Position numbers and translations under genes: made by a program
NCBI GenBank assembly: GCA_013359235.1
Contig: JABWCE010000004.1
Span: forward strand, 18,931-82,930
Direction: 5' to 3'
DNA from: Bacteroidota bacterium
Lineage (GTDB): Bacteria > Bacteroidota > Bacteroidia > NS11-12g > UBA9320
DNA length: 64,000 bases
The notes under the pieces: model-generated
Databases searched by the model: none
Told to the model about the DNA's origin: nothing
The model's input: the letters and a program-made list of their open reading frames with translations, nothing else
Shown: one piece after another, positions 50,173-61,916 of the stretch
How positions within the stretch are numbered: position 1 is the first letter of the stretch
Layout: each line of letters opens with the position of its first letter

Positions 50173-50739
50173 ATGCAATCAGTTAATAGATGTACTTGGT
50201 GCGAAAAAGATGAATTATACCGCAGCTATCACGATAACGAATGGGGAAAGCCATCTTTTAATGATAAATATCTTTTCGAGCATTTGATTTTAGAAACCTT
50301 TCAGGCGGGCTTGAGTTGGTACACAATATTAGCTAAGAGACAACATTTTAGAGATGCTTTTGATAATTTTGATGCTGAAAAAATAATGAATTACGATGAT
50401 AACAAAATTGCCGAACTACTTCAAAACCCACTGATAATAAGAAGTGCCGGAAAAATAAAAGCAGCAGTAAATAATTCAGAAAAATACCTTGAATGTGTTA
50501 AAGAATTTGGAAGTTTTTCTAAATACATTTGGCAATTTACCGATAATAAAATTATATACAACAATTGGAAAAATTTAAAAGATTTACCATCAAAAACTGC
50601 CGAAAGCGACAAAATGAGCAATGATATGAAAAAAAGAGGTTTTAAATTTATCGGCAGTATTAGTTGTTACGCTTTTATGCAATCGGTAGGAATGGTAAAT
50701 GATCATTTAATTTCATGTTTTTTGTATCATAAAAAGTAA
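50173..50739 (+). CDS. tag: DNA-3-methyladenine glycosylase I
   Basis: RCTWCEKDELYRSYHDNEWG matches the Tag zinc-binding N-terminus. Length is 188 aa. Confidence 0.9.
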   Translation: MQSVNRCTWCEKDELYRSYHDNEWGKPSFNDKYLFEHLILETFQAGLSWYTILAKRQHFRDAFDNFDAEKIMNYDDNKIAELLQNPLIIRSAGKIKAAVNNSEKYLECVKEFGSFSKYIWQFTDNKIIYNNWKNLKDLPSKTAESDKMSNDMKKRGFKFIGSISCYAFMQSVGMVNDHLISCFLYHKK

Positions 50740-50783
50740 AATTGTTTGTAACAAAACTTCCTTTTTTTAGTTTTAAGTAATAA

Positions 50784-51506
50784 TTGAATTATCTAAAAAC
50801 ATTCATCAGTAAATTGTTCAAACATTTCTATTTTAGAGTGTTTGTGTTGTTGTTTGGATTGGTTTTTAGTCAACCGGTTTTTTCACAAAACATCAAACTA
50901 AAAGCTTGGCTTATGGATAACGACAGTTTTACTAAAATTTCGTTTGCTGTGGTGAGTATAAAAGGTAAAACAATTGCCACTTCAACAGACGAAAGAGGAT
51001 ATTTTGAAATAGACTGCTCATTAAAAGACACTTTGATTTTAAGACATGTAAGCTATGAACTGAAAAAAATTGCTTTGAAAAACGTTTTTGATACTTTGCA
51101 AAAACAATTGAAAATATATATGACTAAAAAAGAAAATACATTTTCACAGGTTACAATAAATGGCAATAAATTATCAAAAGAAAAGAAGGAAGAATATAAA
51201 AAACACATTGATAGATATAGACCAACGTTAAAAAGCCCTATAAGTTTAATTTATGAAGGAATTAGCCGTAAGGGTAAAGAGAGAAAAAAAATGGATGAAA
51301 TATATTCTCAATTATTGCTCAAAGACGCTATTGAGCAGCGTTTGCAACCTCGTAAATTGTTTATGATTACAAATGATCGTTCAGTCACAATTGACGATTT
51401 GTTAATAATTTGCCCTGTAACTGCTGAATTTGTAAAAAATGCCTCAGACTACGATTTTTATTACCATTTCAGCAAATGTTGGGCTTGGTATCAAAAAAAC
51501 CATTAA
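50784..51506 (+). CDS. hypothetical secreted protein with a carboxypeptidase-regulatory-like N-terminal domain
   Basis: Signal peptide, then IKLKAWLMDNDSFTKISFAVVSIKGKTIATSTDERGYFEI. Confidence 0.4.
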   Translation: MNYLKTFISKLFKHFYFRVFVLLFGLVFSQPVFSQNIKLKAWLMDNDSFTKISFAVVSIKGKTIATSTDERGYFEIDCSLKDTLILRHVSYELKKIALKNVFDTLQKQLKIYMTKKENTFSQVTINGNKLSKEKKEEYKKHIDRYRPTLKSPISLIYEGISRKGKERKKMDEIYSQLLLKDAIEQRLQPRKLFMITNDRSVTIDDLLIICPVTAEFVKNASDYDFYYHFSKCWAWYQKNH

Positions 51507-51550
51507 CTCAATTATTCAAATTTTATTAGAGAAATTAAAAAAAAATAAAT

Positions 51551-52096
51551 TTAGTTATTATTTTTTCCCAAAGCCTTTAGAATAGTTAAAATATTGCGAT
51601 AATTTCTTGCAAAGTCAATTATTAAAAGTATCGAAGATGGCTTGCTTTCAATATTTATTTGAATATTTTCTTTGTTTGAAAAATTGTAATCTATTTTGAT
51701 TTTATCTTTTAAAATCAAATTATTTTTGATAAAAAAAACACAATTTTTGTCTTCATTCAAAAATTTCCAATTTTTGTTTTTTAAAATATTTGAAATAAAA
51801 TCTTCTTTTTTGTTAAGATTTTTATTTGAAATATTTACAGAAATTTTTTGATGAGGTTTTAAATAATTTTTCAAATCAAAATGACTGAAACCTTCAAAAG
51901 CAAAGGCATTGAGCATTACAATAGGCAAACCTACTGCAATTGACAAAAACAAAATTCTGATAATTGCAATTTTGTTTGAATCAAAATCTGAAAGAAATAA
52001 AAAAGTGAGGTATATCAAGGGAAAGAATACGCATATCAACAGCAAATACTGGAAAAATATAGCAGAAAGTTTGAAGAAAAAACTGTTTGGATTCAA
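51551..52096 (-). CDS. hypothetical membrane protein (two N-terminal TM helices)
   Basis: Intact ORF directly downstream of degP on the same strand. Confidence 0.4.
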   Translation of the reverse strand: MNPNSFFFKLSAIFFQYLLLICVFFPLIYLTFLFLSDFDSNKIAIIRILFLSIAVGLPIVMLNAFAFEGFSHFDLKNYLKPHQKISVNISNKNLNKKEDFISNILKNKNWKFLNEDKNCVFFIKNNLILKDKIKIDYNFSNKENIQINIESKPSSILLIIDFARNYRNILTILKALGKNNN

Positions 52097-52115
52097 TTTT
52101 ATTTTTTCTGCAAAA

Positions 52116-53594
52116 CTATTCTTTTTCTTTTATTCTTACAGCAAAAGCATCTTTTGTGCCATCAGGCATTACCCCTTCAAAAAGTATCGAACCGCTTTTG
52201 TCTTTCAACATCTGCACTACATCTTTAACATTATATACAGGTTTTTTATCAATCGAAGTTATAATAAAACCTTCGGGAATTCCTTTGTCTTTGAGCGGGC
52301 TTTTTGCAAGTTTTGAAATTTTTACTCCATTCTGAATTTTAAACTTGCTTTTTTCTTCTTTGGTAATATTCTCAAAAGTAGCTCCTAAAGCAGATTTGGT
52401 TTCTATTTTAGCAGTTGATTCTATTTCAGACTTACCATCTTTTGAACGCAATGTTACTTCAATTTCTTTGTTTGTGTTATTCCTTTTAATCAAAAGTTTA
52501 ACTTTATCTCCGGGATAATATCTGCTTATTTGTTCTTGCAAGTTTGATGATGAATTAACTTCAACATCATTAATTTTTAAAATCACATCACCTTTTTTAA
52601 GACCAGCTTTATCAGCGGCACTTCCTTCAACAACTTCGGGAATAAAAACACCTCTGATTTCTTTTAAACCTTCTTTTTCTGCTAATTCGGCAGTTACATC
52701 CTGTATCCTAACTCCCAGAATAGCTCTTTTCACTTCACCATATTTTTTTATATCATCAAGTACTTTTTTTACAATATTTACGGGTATAGCAAACGAATAT
52801 CCCGAATAGCTTCCTGTTTGCGAAGCAATAGCTGTATTTATACCTATTAGTTCGCCATTTACATTAACTAAAGCTCCTCCACTGTTTCCAGGGTTTACAG
52901 CTGCATCTGTCTGAATAAAATTTTCAATGGCATATTCAGTATTTTGCCTGAGTAAATTAATATTTCTTCCCTTTGCACTAATAATTCCGGCAGTAACAGT
53001 TGAAGTTAAGTTAAAAGGATTTCCAACAGCTATTACCCATTCTCCAACTCTAATATTATCTGAATTGCCGAATGATAGAAACGGAAGATTTGATTCATCA
53101 ATTTTTAATAATGCAAGATCGGTTTCGGGGTCAGTACCTACTACTTCTGCTATATAAGTTCTTTTATCATTCAAAGTAACCTCAACTTTTGACGAATTTT
53201 CTACTACGTGGTTGTTTGTAGCTATATAGCCGTCAGGTGTGAGAATTACACCCGACCCTGTAGCTTCTTGTGGTTGTTGGGGAAAACCTTTGTCGTGAAA
53301 AAAATCGAAGGGGTCAAAAAATCTTTCATCTTCATTTTTGTTACTTGAATTATCTCCATATTTGGTTTTTATATGCACTACTGTATGAACTGCTTTTTCA
53401 GAAACATTTACAAAATCAACATTTGGAATTGAGTTTACTTTTACAGCATTTGATGTGTAAGCATTTTGAATATCAGAAATAGATAAATTACTTGTATCTT
53501 TTCTAAAAAAGTGATTAATACCTAAAGCAACCAAACCTCCTACAACAGCGATTGATAAAATAATTAGTGATTTTAAAATTGTTTTTTTGTTCAT
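52116..53594 (-). CDS. degP: Do/DegP/HtrA periplasmic serine endoprotease with two PDZ domains
   Basis: Trypsin-like catalytic motifs (H in TNNHVV; GNSGGAL) and two PDZ domains. Confidence 0.9.
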   Translation of the reverse strand: MNKKTILKSLIILSIAVVGGLVALGINHFFRKDTSNLSISDIQNAYTSNAVKVNSIPNVDFVNVSEKAVHTVVHIKTKYGDNSSNKNEDERFFDPFDFFHDKGFPQQPQEATGSGVILTPDGYIATNNHVVENSSKVEVTLNDKRTYIAEVVGTDPETDLALLKIDESNLPFLSFGNSDNIRVGEWVIAVGNPFNLTSTVTAGIISAKGRNINLLRQNTEYAIENFIQTDAAVNPGNSGGALVNVNGELIGINTAIASQTGSYSGYSFAIPVNIVKKVLDDIKKYGEVKRAILGVRIQDVTAELAEKEGLKEIRGVFIPEVVEGSAADKAGLKKGDVILKINDVEVNSSSNLQEQISRYYPGDKVKLLIKRNNTNKEIEVTLRSKDGKSEIESTAKIETKSALGATFENITKEEKSKFKIQNGVKISKLAKSPLKDKGIPEGFIITSIDKKPVYNVKDVVQMLKDKSGSILFEGVMPDGTKDAFAVRIKEKE

Positions 53595-53770
53595 TTTTAT
53601 ATCAATTTAATTTAAATTTTAATTTTACAAACAAAATGCCAAAGTTAAAAATGGCAGTTGTGTAAAAATAATAATTCGTTAAAAATTCTTTATCAAAAAA
53701 AACGAAAATGTTTAAAAAATTATATAACTTCATTTACCTTTGTCGATTAATCATTATAAACTCTCTATAA

Positions 53771-54334
53771 ATGTTCGGACTGGGATTTAATTCCGACAGT
53801 GACTTGGTAAAGGAAATAAAACGAGGCAACGAAAAAGCCTTGATTATCCTTTATAAGCAAAATATTAATAGTATAAAAAAATTTGTTTTGAACAACAACG
53901 GAAGTATCGAAGAAGCACAGGATGTATTGCAAGACACACTTATTGCAGTGTGGCAAAATGTAGCAAAACCTGACTTTTTGCTGAATGCAAAACTCAGCAC
54001 TTACGTATTTTCAATTGCAAAAAATCAATGGTACAAACAACTTAAACGTAAAACACGCTTTAAGGTGGTTGACGAATCGGCAAGTGAGAATTTTAAAGCC
54101 GAAGAAACTCCATTGAAATACGACTCAAAAATAGTTTGCGAATATGTCAACAGATTAGATGAAACATGTAGAAGATTGCTTATGTATTTTTATTTTGATG
54201 GTTTAGACATGAACACAATTGCAGAACAAATGGGTTTTGCTAATTCTGACACTGTAAAATCTAAAAAATACCAATGTTTCAAAAAACTTGAATCAGCAGT
54301 AAAAGAACATTTCGAAAAAGATGACTTTATTTAA
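53771..54334 (+). CDS. RNA polymerase ECF-type sigma-70 factor
   Basis: Region 2 motif (DVLQDTLIAVW) and a region 4 helix-turn-helix. Confidence 0.85.
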   Translation: MFGLGFNSDSDLVKEIKRGNEKALIILYKQNINSIKKFVLNNNGSIEEAQDVLQDTLIAVWQNVAKPDFLLNAKLSTYVFSIAKNQWYKQLKRKTRFKVVDESASENFKAEETPLKYDSKIVCEYVNRLDETCRRLLMYFYFDGLDMNTIAEQMGFANSDTVKSKKYQCFKKLESAVKEHFEKDDFI

Positions 54335-54345
54335 AAAAAAATTAA

Positions 54346-55329
54346 ATGAAAAAAGATATCGAAAGAGTTTACTTAATTGACAGGTACTTAAAAGGCGAAT
54401 TATCAGGCTTGGCACTTGATGAGTTTAAAAGCAAGTTAAAAAATGATAAAGAATTTTTTGCAGAAGTAGAAACCCAAAAAGCTATAATTGAAGGTATAAA
54501 ACTTGCACGCAAAGAAGAATTGTACGCTTTGCTCAGAGGCGAAAAACAATTGAGTTCACGTATTGTGAAATCCCAAGAACAAGAACAAAGGGTAACTGAT
54601 GATACAATAGCCGAAAATGTTGCCCAAAAACATGAAAACGATTATACCAAAGTATATAAACTGAAACCAAATTACAATAATTGGTTTTATGCTGCAGTAG
54701 CCGTTCTGCTCACTCCTTTCATATTTTATTTTGTGTTTATATATTTCATAAAAGATAATTCTGAAAATTTAAGCCAAAATGAAACTCAAACCCAACAAAT
54801 TTATGCAGACGACAGCCAAACAAACCAGTCAGATAATGTAATTTCAGAAAATGAAATACCTGTTGTTAAACCCAAAGATTCAACTTCTAAAAATTCAGAA
54901 GTTTTGGCACAGAATGTGGATAGTAATCAAAATTTAAAAATTGAAAAAGACAAGAAATTAGACGAGAGTAATTTTTCAGTTGCAAATTTTCAATCTATAG
55001 AGCCAGTAAACCACAATGAAAATAATAATGTATCAAACCAAAATGGTGAAAATTCATTAAATATAAGCACAACGAAAAAACTAACCAATACATCAATAAA
55101 AGTTGAATACTGGCAGTCGGTTGTAAATTTTAAAGGTTACAAATTAGAAGGTAATAATTTGAAACTTTTTGGTGTTAAACCCACCGAAAAAATAAGTCTT
55201 AAAATATTAGATAATAATATTTACCTAAAGAAAAATGGCGATTATTACAAGCTTGAGCAAAGCGGCGATTTTGAACAGTACACAAAAGAAGTAAACAGAG
55301 AAACAATAAAAATACTCGACTCAAATTGA
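54346..55329 (+). CDS. putative anti-sigma factor (single-pass membrane protein)
   Basis: The N-terminus YLIDRYLKGELSGLALDEFKSKLKNDKEFFAEVE is typical of Bacteroidetes anti-sigma proteins. One TM helix. Located immediately after the ECF sigma. Confidence 0.5.
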   Translation: MKKDIERVYLIDRYLKGELSGLALDEFKSKLKNDKEFFAEVETQKAIIEGIKLARKEELYALLRGEKQLSSRIVKSQEQEQRVTDDTIAENVAQKHENDYTKVYKLKPNYNNWFYAAVAVLLTPFIFYFVFIYFIKDNSENLSQNETQTQQIYADDSQTNQSDNVISENEIPVVKPKDSTSKNSEVLAQNVDSNQNLKIEKDKKLDESNFSVANFQSIEPVNHNENNNVSNQNGENSLNISTTKKLTNTSIKVEYWQSVVNFKGYKLEGNNLKLFGVKPTEKISLKILDNNIYLKKNGDYYKLEQSGDFEQYTKEVNRETIKILDSN

Positions 55330-56141
55330 AGATAGAATTTTCAAAATATCAAGGAACAGGAAACGATTTTATAATAATAAACAATTTTGAAAATTCAATT
55401 AACCATAATTCTAATCTTGCTATAAAACTATGCAACAGACATTTCGGTATTGGCTCTGACGGGTTGATTATAATAGAAAAACACAAAAAATTTGATTTCG
55501 ATATGGTTTTTTATAACCCTGATGGAAACCAAAGTTTTTGTGGTAACGGGAGCAGATGTGCCGTAAAATATGCTTTTGACAATAATATTATCAATAATTT
55601 AGATACCATTTTTAACTCAACAGACGGAGTTCACAAAGGAAATATCTCAAACAAAATAATTGAAATTGAAATGAAAAACCCTCAGTTTTTGAAAATTCCA
55701 ATAAAAATTGATGAAAAGATAATATATGCCGACCTTATAAATACTGGTTCGCCCCATTTGATTTTGCACTATAAAACAATTGAAGAAATAGAATTGCTAA
55801 ACGTACCCCAAACCGGGGCAAAATGGAGATACACAAAAGAATTTGCCGAAAAAGGAGGTGTAAATGTAAATTTTATAAGTGAAATTGATAATTCAAAAAT
55901 ATACTTGAGAACTTACGAAAGAGGAGTTGAAAATGAAACTTTAAGCTGCGGAACGGGTGTTACTGCAGCAGCTATTAGCTATCATTCAAAATGTTTAAAA
56001 AACATTATGAAAAACAATATAGAAGTAAAAACACTTGGAGGTATATTGAATGTAAAATTTGACTATACTGAAAACCTATACGAAAATATAAGACTTTGCG
56101 GACCTTCAGAATTTGTGTTTTCGGGCAAAATTGATATCTGA
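55326..56141 (+). CDS. dapF: diaminopimelate epimerase; TTG start overlapping the upstream TGA
   Basis: MKIEFSKYQGTGNDFIII, plus the catalytic Cys motifs CGNGSRC and SCGTG. Confidence 0.9.
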   Translation: MKIEFSKYQGTGNDFIIINNFENSINHNSNLAIKLCNRHFGIGSDGLIIIEKHKKFDFDMVFYNPDGNQSFCGNGSRCAVKYAFDNNIINNLDTIFNSTDGVHKGNISNKIIEIEMKNPQFLKIPIKIDEKIIYADLINTGSPHLILHYKTIEEIELLNVPQTGAKWRYTKEFAEKGGVNVNFISEIDNSKIYLRTYERGVENETLSCGTGVTAAAISYHSKCLKNIMKNNIEVKTLGGILNVKFDYTENLYENIRLCGPSEFVFSGKIDI

Positions 56142-56248
56142 CAAATAGCAATTTATATTGTATTTTACACTAAAAAATATACTTGTTAAATAATTTTTTT
56201 ACTAAAACTTTTATTTTAGAGAAAAAAACTAATACTTTGTGCTGAAAA

Positions 56249-58936
56249 ATGAGTAGGAGCATAAAGATAATTTTAATATTTCAACTGTTATTTTTTGTTT
56301 CAAAAAATTTAAAATCACAAAATAACGATCGTGAAAATGCAAGTAATTATTTTTATTCACTTTCTGATAACTCGAACCTTGAAGATACAAAAACATCATA
56401 TTTGAGCACTGCAAAAAGCCAAAAACAAAGTTTTGTCATAGATTTTTACAGCACAAGTTTACAAAAAGCAATAAGTCAAAAAAATGTAAAAGACATTGCT
56501 GTGAGCTATTATAACAAGGGTTTATCATATTTTAATGGAGGTGATTTAGAAAATTCATTGATAAATTTGAACAATTGTGTTTCAAATTCTAAAACAAAAG
56601 AATGTGCCAATGTAAAACATTCAGCAATTTATTTAATAGGAGTAATTGAGGGATTGAAGGGTGATTTTACAAGAGGCATTAATAATTTGATAATTTCAAA
56701 AGAGTTTTTTACAAAACACAACAATAAAAAGGGAATTTCTGATTACTATTATTATTCAGGAATACTTAATTTAGAATTTGGTGATTTTGAAAATGCTTTT
56801 GAGAATTTTTTCGAAGCAATAGTTCTCAAAAATGAAATTGGAGATGAAAAAGGTGTAGCCGAAGCAAAACTCAAAATAGCCTCGTATCTAATTTTATTTG
56901 ATAAAAGCCAAGATGCTCAAAATTATGCAAATGATGCAATAGAATATGCCGAAAAAACAACCGACCAACGTATTAAAGCAATGGCACTTAATTATTTGGG
57001 AGAGGCTTTTATAATTGAAAAAAAATATTCAAAAGCAAATTTGTACCTTGTTTCTTCCCAATCAATCAACGAAGAAATAGAAAATAAGTTAGGTTTGATA
57101 CAAAACAAAAATGCACTTGCCAAACTTGCTACCGAAATGAATGAATATAAAATTGCAGAAGAAATTTTAAATTCATCTTTAGATATTCAAACTCAGCTAA
57201 AAAGCAAAATTAACGAAGCATATACTTATTATTTATTTGGTAAATTGTATTATAATTCAAATAAAATTTCACAATCACTTGCTTTTTTAAACAAATCAGA
57301 ATCATTAGCTGAAAAAAGTTCTAAAATTCATGTGAAATATATAGTTTACAAACTTTTTGAAACTATATATACCTCATCAAAAGATTATAAAAACGCCACT
57401 TTGATTAACGAAAAATTGAAAACTATTGAAGAAAAAAACCATGTTTCATCTTCGTATCTTCAATTTTTAAAGCTCGAAAAAACAAGAATAAAAGCCGAAA
57501 AGGATAAAAAAGAAATAGAAAACAAAGCCGAAAACAAATACCAATCAGTTGTTGTAAAATCATCAATTTTCAAACTTTATGCTTTATCAGGTATAATAGT
57601 TGCACTTTTGATAATATTGGGTTTGCTTATTTATCAGGTTATATCAAAGAAAAGAGCTAACGAAGAACTATCAAAAAACAATCAAGTTATTAGCATAAAA
57701 AATGAAGAATTGCGAAGGCTGAACAATCATCTTGAAGAAGCCAGAAGACGTGCTGTGGTTGCAAACGAAGCAAAATCAAATTTTTTGGCAGTTACAAGTC
57801 ATGAAATAAGAACTCCGATGAATGGAATTATAGGAATGTCTTCATTATTATTGGAAACAAATCTTGATGAAGAACAAAGAAAATTTGTAAATAGTATTCA
57901 TAAAAATGGAGAAAACCTATTGGTTATATTGAATGATATCCTTGATTTTTCAAAAATTGAAGCCGGTAAGGTAGATATTGAAGAACAGTCAATTAATTTA
58001 GAAAAACTATTTGATGAAGTATTTACGATTTTCGAAAAACAAGCACAAGACAAAAATATAAATTTAATAAAAGAGATAGAGCCCAATGCTCCAAAGTATA
58101 TAAAAGGAGATATTTTAAGAATAAGGCAGGTTTTGGTAAATCTTGTAAGTAATGCAGTTAAATTTACAGAAAATGGATTTGTGAAAATTAGATTAGAACA
58201 ACTTGAAGAAAGAAACGAAGGTGAAAAAACATTTTCAAAAATAAGGTATTCTGTCATAGACCAAGGAATTGGTATAACTCCCGAAAAGCAAGAAAAAATA
58301 TTTGAATCATTTGAACAAGAAGATTCATCAACCTCACGCAAATTTGGTGGAATTGGGCTTGGTTTAAGTATTTCTAAACGCCTTGTTGAGCTTATGGGAG
58401 GAATGATAGGTTTAAAATCTGAAAAAGGAGCAGGCACTACATTCTATTTTGATTTACTTTCTGAAATTGCTGAAAATATGCAATCAACGGTTGACGAAAA
58501 TAAAGATAAACCCAAAGCAAATGATGAAAAATTGTTAGCCGAAATATGTCCGTTGAGCATTATGGTAGCCGAAGATAATCCATTCAACAAAATGTATATC
58601 GAAAAATTGTTTCACAATTTTGGTTATAATGAGGTTGCATTTGCAGAGAATGGATTTGAAGTTCTATCGCTAATGAAAAGTGGCACTTATGATGTGATTT
58701 TTATGGATATTCAAATGCCTGAAATGGATGGAATAGAAACTACACATAAGATTTTTGAAACATATCCCGAAAATCGCCCATTAATTGTAGCATTAACGGC
58801 TGATGCACAAGGCACAAATGGTGATTATTACATAAATCAGGGCTTTGATGAATATTTAGGCAAACCATTTAAAGCTGATGAACTTAAAAGTATGCTCGAA
58901 AAAATTTGTTCTAAAAAAGAAGCTATTACTACCTAA
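56249..58936 (+). CDS. hybrid sensor histidine kinase / response regulator with an N-terminal periplasmic TPR-like sensor region
   Basis: Signal peptide and TPR region, a TM helix, HisKA (H-box SHEIRTPMN), HATPase_c (G-boxes) and a C-terminal REC domain ([14 protein letters not shown]). Confidence 0.9.
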   Translation: MSRSIKIILIFQLLFFVSKNLKSQNNDRENASNYFYSLSDNSNLEDTKTSYLSTAKSQKQSFVIDFYSTSLQKAISQKNVKDIAVSYYNKGLSYFNGGDLENSLINLNNCVSNSKTKECANVKHSAIYLIGVIEGLKGDFTRGINNLIISKEFFTKHNNKKGISDYYYYSGILNLEFGDFENAFENFFEAIVLKNEIGDEKGVAEAKLKIASYLILFDKSQDAQNYANDAIEYAEKTTDQRIKAMALNYLGEAFIIEKKYSKANLYLVSSQSINEEIENKLGLIQNKNALAKLATEMNEYKIAEEILNSSLDIQTQLKSKINEAYTYYLFGKLYYNSNKISQSLAFLNKSESLAEKSSKIHVKYIVYKLFETIYTSSKDYKNATLINEKLKTIEEKNHVSSSYLQFLKLEKTRIKAEKDKKEIENKAENKYQSVVVKSSIFKLYALSGIIVALLIILGLLIYQVISKKRANEELSKNNQVISIKNEELRRLNNHLEEARRRAVVANEAKSNFLAVTSHEIRTPMNGIIGMSSLLLETNLDEEQRKFVNSIHKNGENLLVILNDILDFSKIEAGKVDIEEQSINLEKLFDEVFTIFEKQAQDKNINLIKEIEPNAPKYIKGDILRIRQVLVNLVSNAVKFTENGFVKIRLEQLEERNEGEKTFSKIRYSVIDQGIGITPEKQEKIFESFEQEDSSTSRKFGGIGLGLSISKRLVELMGGMIGLKSEKGAGTTFYFDLLSEIAENMQSTVDENKDKPKANDEKLLAEICPLSIMVAEDNPFNKMYIEKLFHNFGYNEVAFAENGFEVLSLMKSGTYDVIFMDIQMPEMDGIETTHKIFETYPENRPLIVALTADAQGTNGDYYINQGFDEYLGKPFKADELKSMLEKICSKKEAITT

Positions 58937-60216
58937 AAGTTTCCATTTAATAAACTAATAATTGCTTTCACTTTTATAAAAATTTCTTCATATTCATCTA
59001 TCGGATTTGAATCTATGGTAATAGCACCCCCTGAGTAAAATGCAAGTTTGTTCAGTTCTTTATCATAAAAAGCAGTTCTTATTAATACATTAAAATCAAA
59101 ATCCCCCCAAGGACTTATATAACCTAAAGACCCCGAATACCATTGACGGTTAAAATCTTCAAAATACTCAATTTTCTGCATTGCCGAAATTTTTGGAGCA
59201 CCCGTCATACTGCCCATCGGAAAAGTGGCTTTAATAATTTCTTTTAATCCAATTTCAGCTTTTAATTCTGAACTAATTGTTGAAACCATCTGATGTACCT
59301 GCGAATATGAATATACTCCAAACAATTCATCAACTTTTACACTACCGGGTACTGATACTTTTGCAAGATCATTTCTAACAAGATCAACTATCATTACATT
59401 TTCTGCTCGGTCTTTTATACTGTTCTTTAGTGTGTTTTTGTTTGAAATATCTTCCTTTTCATTTTTGCCACGTGCAATAGTTCCCTTAATTGGCTGAGAT
59501 ATTAATGTTCTGTTTTTTTTAGATAAAAATCTTTCGGGGCTGGCACAAGAAACATATTTTTTACCTGCAGCAAAATACCCTGAAAACGGAGATGGAGAGT
59601 GTTCAGTAAGTTTGTTATAAAATTGAAATGGGTTAAAAAAATCAAAATTTTCATATAAAAATCTTAAACACAAGTTTAACTCGTAAACATTACCATTTAT
59701 TATTTCGTTCTTAATACGGTTAACTTTAGAAATATATGATTTTTTATCAATTTCGGTTTTAATTTTTATTTGGGAGTTTGAATTATAATCTTTTTCAATT
59801 TTTGTTTCACTTATGTTTTTAAAAACTTCTTGTGGATTATTACCGTATATACATACAACGTTTTCATAATCTACAGTTACAACAGTTTCGGGGCTAAAAA
59901 AACACATTTCGTTCCAGCCAAAACACCGTTTGTTTTTTGAATCCAAATTTTCAATTTCATTTTTAAGATTGTATCCAATTACTCCAAAATACCAAGATTT
60001 TGAATTGTAAATCTCATTTAAAAATTCAAGCATATAATTTGATGGTTCAAAAATTTTATTACCTCCAAAAGCTGCGATAATTTTATAATTTCCTATAAAA
60101 AACTGTGGATTAATGTTACAACTGTCAAGTATTACAGATGGGTTGAAACCTGCTGCAAATTGCTTTAATTTTTTTGCAAAAGTGAAATAATCTTCTTGTA
60201 AGCTGAAATTAAGCAA
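58933..60216 (-). CDS. pabB: chorismate-binding enzyme, aminodeoxychorismate synthase component I (PabB-like; TrpE family)
   Basis: Chorismate-binding domain motifs ([20 protein letters not shown]). Length of 427 aa fits PabB better than TrpE. Confidence 0.7.
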   Translation of the reverse strand: MLNFSLQEDYFTFAKKLKQFAAGFNPSVILDSCNINPQFFIGNYKIIAAFGGNKIFEPSNYMLEFLNEIYNSKSWYFGVIGYNLKNEIENLDSKNKRCFGWNEMCFFSPETVVTVDYENVVCIYGNNPQEVFKNISETKIEKDYNSNSQIKIKTEIDKKSYISKVNRIKNEIINGNVYELNLCLRFLYENFDFFNPFQFYNKLTEHSPSPFSGYFAAGKKYVSCASPERFLSKKNRTLISQPIKGTIARGKNEKEDISNKNTLKNSIKDRAENVMIVDLVRNDLAKVSVPGSVKVDELFGVYSYSQVHQMVSTISSELKAEIGLKEIIKATFPMGSMTGAPKISAMQKIEYFEDFNRQWYSGSLGYISPWGDFDFNVLIRTAFYDKELNKLAFYSGGAITIDSNPIDEYEEIFIKVKAIISLLNGNF

Positions 60217-60242
60217 TTGTGAGTTTTTTTTATTTCATAAAA

Positions 60243-61148
60243 TCAATTTTGCCAAACAGGAATATTGTAATATCCGTTTTCTGAAAACTCTTTGAAAATA
60301 CTCATAACCATTTCTTTATCCTCTTTGTAAGTTACACCATACCATTGGTCGTTTGAAGTCATTACTTTTAATTTGATTGTATGGGTTTTAATTAATTCGT
60401 CAATAATTATCGGGATAAAAAATTCTGATTGTTTTTCACCTTTATTTGAACTTAGAAAGCTTTTAAAACTATTCTTCAAATGCTTAAAAACAGAATTATC
60501 AAAACCCCAGAAATTCATAGACACAACAGATTCTTCGTCAAGTTTTATTTTCTCATTTCCATCATCGAAGAATATTCCATCAGCTTCTCTTTTAATTTTA
60601 GTTCTTTCTTTAATATCGCTTAAAAAGCCATTGCTTGTAATACATACTCCACGGCTTACAAATCCATTTTCCGACAAAGTATTTTTTAATGAATAGCCAA
60701 CCATGCCATATTGCAAAGGCGAAACTTCATTTTTAAGAAAATTATAAATTTGCTTGTAGCTGTCTTTTCCATAATAATCATCAGCATTTATCACAGCAAA
60801 TGGTTCGTTTATCACATTTTCGCAAACAAGTATTGCATGACCTGTACCCCAGGGCTTTTCTCTCAATGGTATTTCAATATCAAAATCTGATATTTTTGTG
60901 TTATGCTCTTGAAAAACGTGATGAACAGTAACAGAATCGGGAATTTTATCACTTATCTTTTCTTTAAATTCTGCCTCAAAACTCTTTCTTATTACAAAAA
61001 CAATTTTTTTAAACCCGGCATCAATTGCATCATGAATAGAATAATCAATTATTGTTTCGCCTGATGGACCAAGCTGGTCAAGTTGTTTAAGACCTCCATA
61101 ACGGCTGCCCATACCTGCTGCTAAAATTACTATTGATGGATTTGTCAT
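60243..61148 (-). CDS. sugar-phosphate nucleotidyltransferase family protein
   Basis: N-terminus ILAAGMGSRYGGLKQL matches the G-x-G-x-R NTP-transferase motif. Confidence 0.65.
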   Translation of the reverse strand: MTNPSIVILAAGMGSRYGGLKQLDQLGPSGETIIDYSIHDAIDAGFKKIVFVIRKSFEAEFKEKISDKIPDSVTVHHVFQEHNTKISDFDIEIPLREKPWGTGHAILVCENVINEPFAVINADDYYGKDSYKQIYNFLKNEVSPLQYGMVGYSLKNTLSENGFVSRGVCITSNGFLSDIKERTKIKREADGIFFDDGNEKIKLDEESVVSMNFWGFDNSVFKHLKNSFKSFLSSNKGEKQSEFFIPIIIDELIKTHTIKLKVMTSNDQWYGVTYKEDKEMVMSIFKEFSENGYYNIPVWQN

Positions 61149-61201
61149 TTATAAAATAAACCGCGATTTAACAATTTTTTAGCCAATTGTGCAACTTTTA
61201 A

Positions 61202-61888
61202 CTATACTTTTAAATATTTAGTCGTTAAAATTTTTATTCCTACGGTGGCTTTTTCTGCAATGTGTACCACATTTTTATTAAATTTGAAATCGGGAATTTT
61301 AGGGTCAATATAATAAACCGGTATTTCAGGATTTGCATAATGAATTAACGAAGCTGCCGGATATACAACCATAGATGTACCAATTATCAAAATGATATCA
61401 GCTTTGCTTACTTCATTAATTGCATTATACATTAGCGGAACTTCTTCACCAAACCAAACTATATGAGGTCTAAGCTGGCTTCCAAGTTCACATAAATCAC
61501 CAATATTCAATTCTTCGCCTATTATGTTGTAAATTAACTCAGAATTTGCAGTACTGCGGCTTTTGCGCAATTCGCCATGTAAGTGAATTACATTTTTCGA
61601 TCCTGCTCTTTCGTGCAAATCATCTACATTTTGTGTAATTACTACAGTATTGTAATTATTTTGCAATTGTGCAATAGCTAAATGTGCATCGTTGGGGATA
61701 GAATTTATCATATTTTTTCTACGCATATTGTAAAAATTGAGTACAAGTTCTTTATCTTTTTGCCAACCTTCAATACTTGCAACTTCCAATATATCGTATC
61801 CTTCCCACAAACCGCCCGAATCTCGAAAAGTACTTATTCCACTCTCGGCACTTACACCTGCTCCCGATAATACAACCAATTTTTTCAT
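61202..61888 (-). CDS. cobB: NAD-dependent protein deacylase (Sir2 family)
   Basis: GAGVSAESGISTFRD, the Zn-binding Cys pairs, and HG....S catalytic motifs. Confidence 0.9.
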   Translation of the reverse strand: MKKLVVLSGAGVSAESGISTFRDSGGLWEGYDILEVASIEGWQKDKELVLNFYNMRRKNMINSIPNDAHLAIAQLQNNYNTVVITQNVDDLHERAGSKNVIHLHGELRKSRSTANSELIYNIIGEELNIGDLCELGSQLRPHIVWFGEEVPLMYNAINEVSKADIILIIGTSMVVYPAASLIHYANPEIPVYYIDPKIPDFKFNKNVVHIAEKATVGIKILTTKYLKV

Positions 61889-61916
61889 TTCATATAAAAT
61901 AATAGAATTATAAAAA

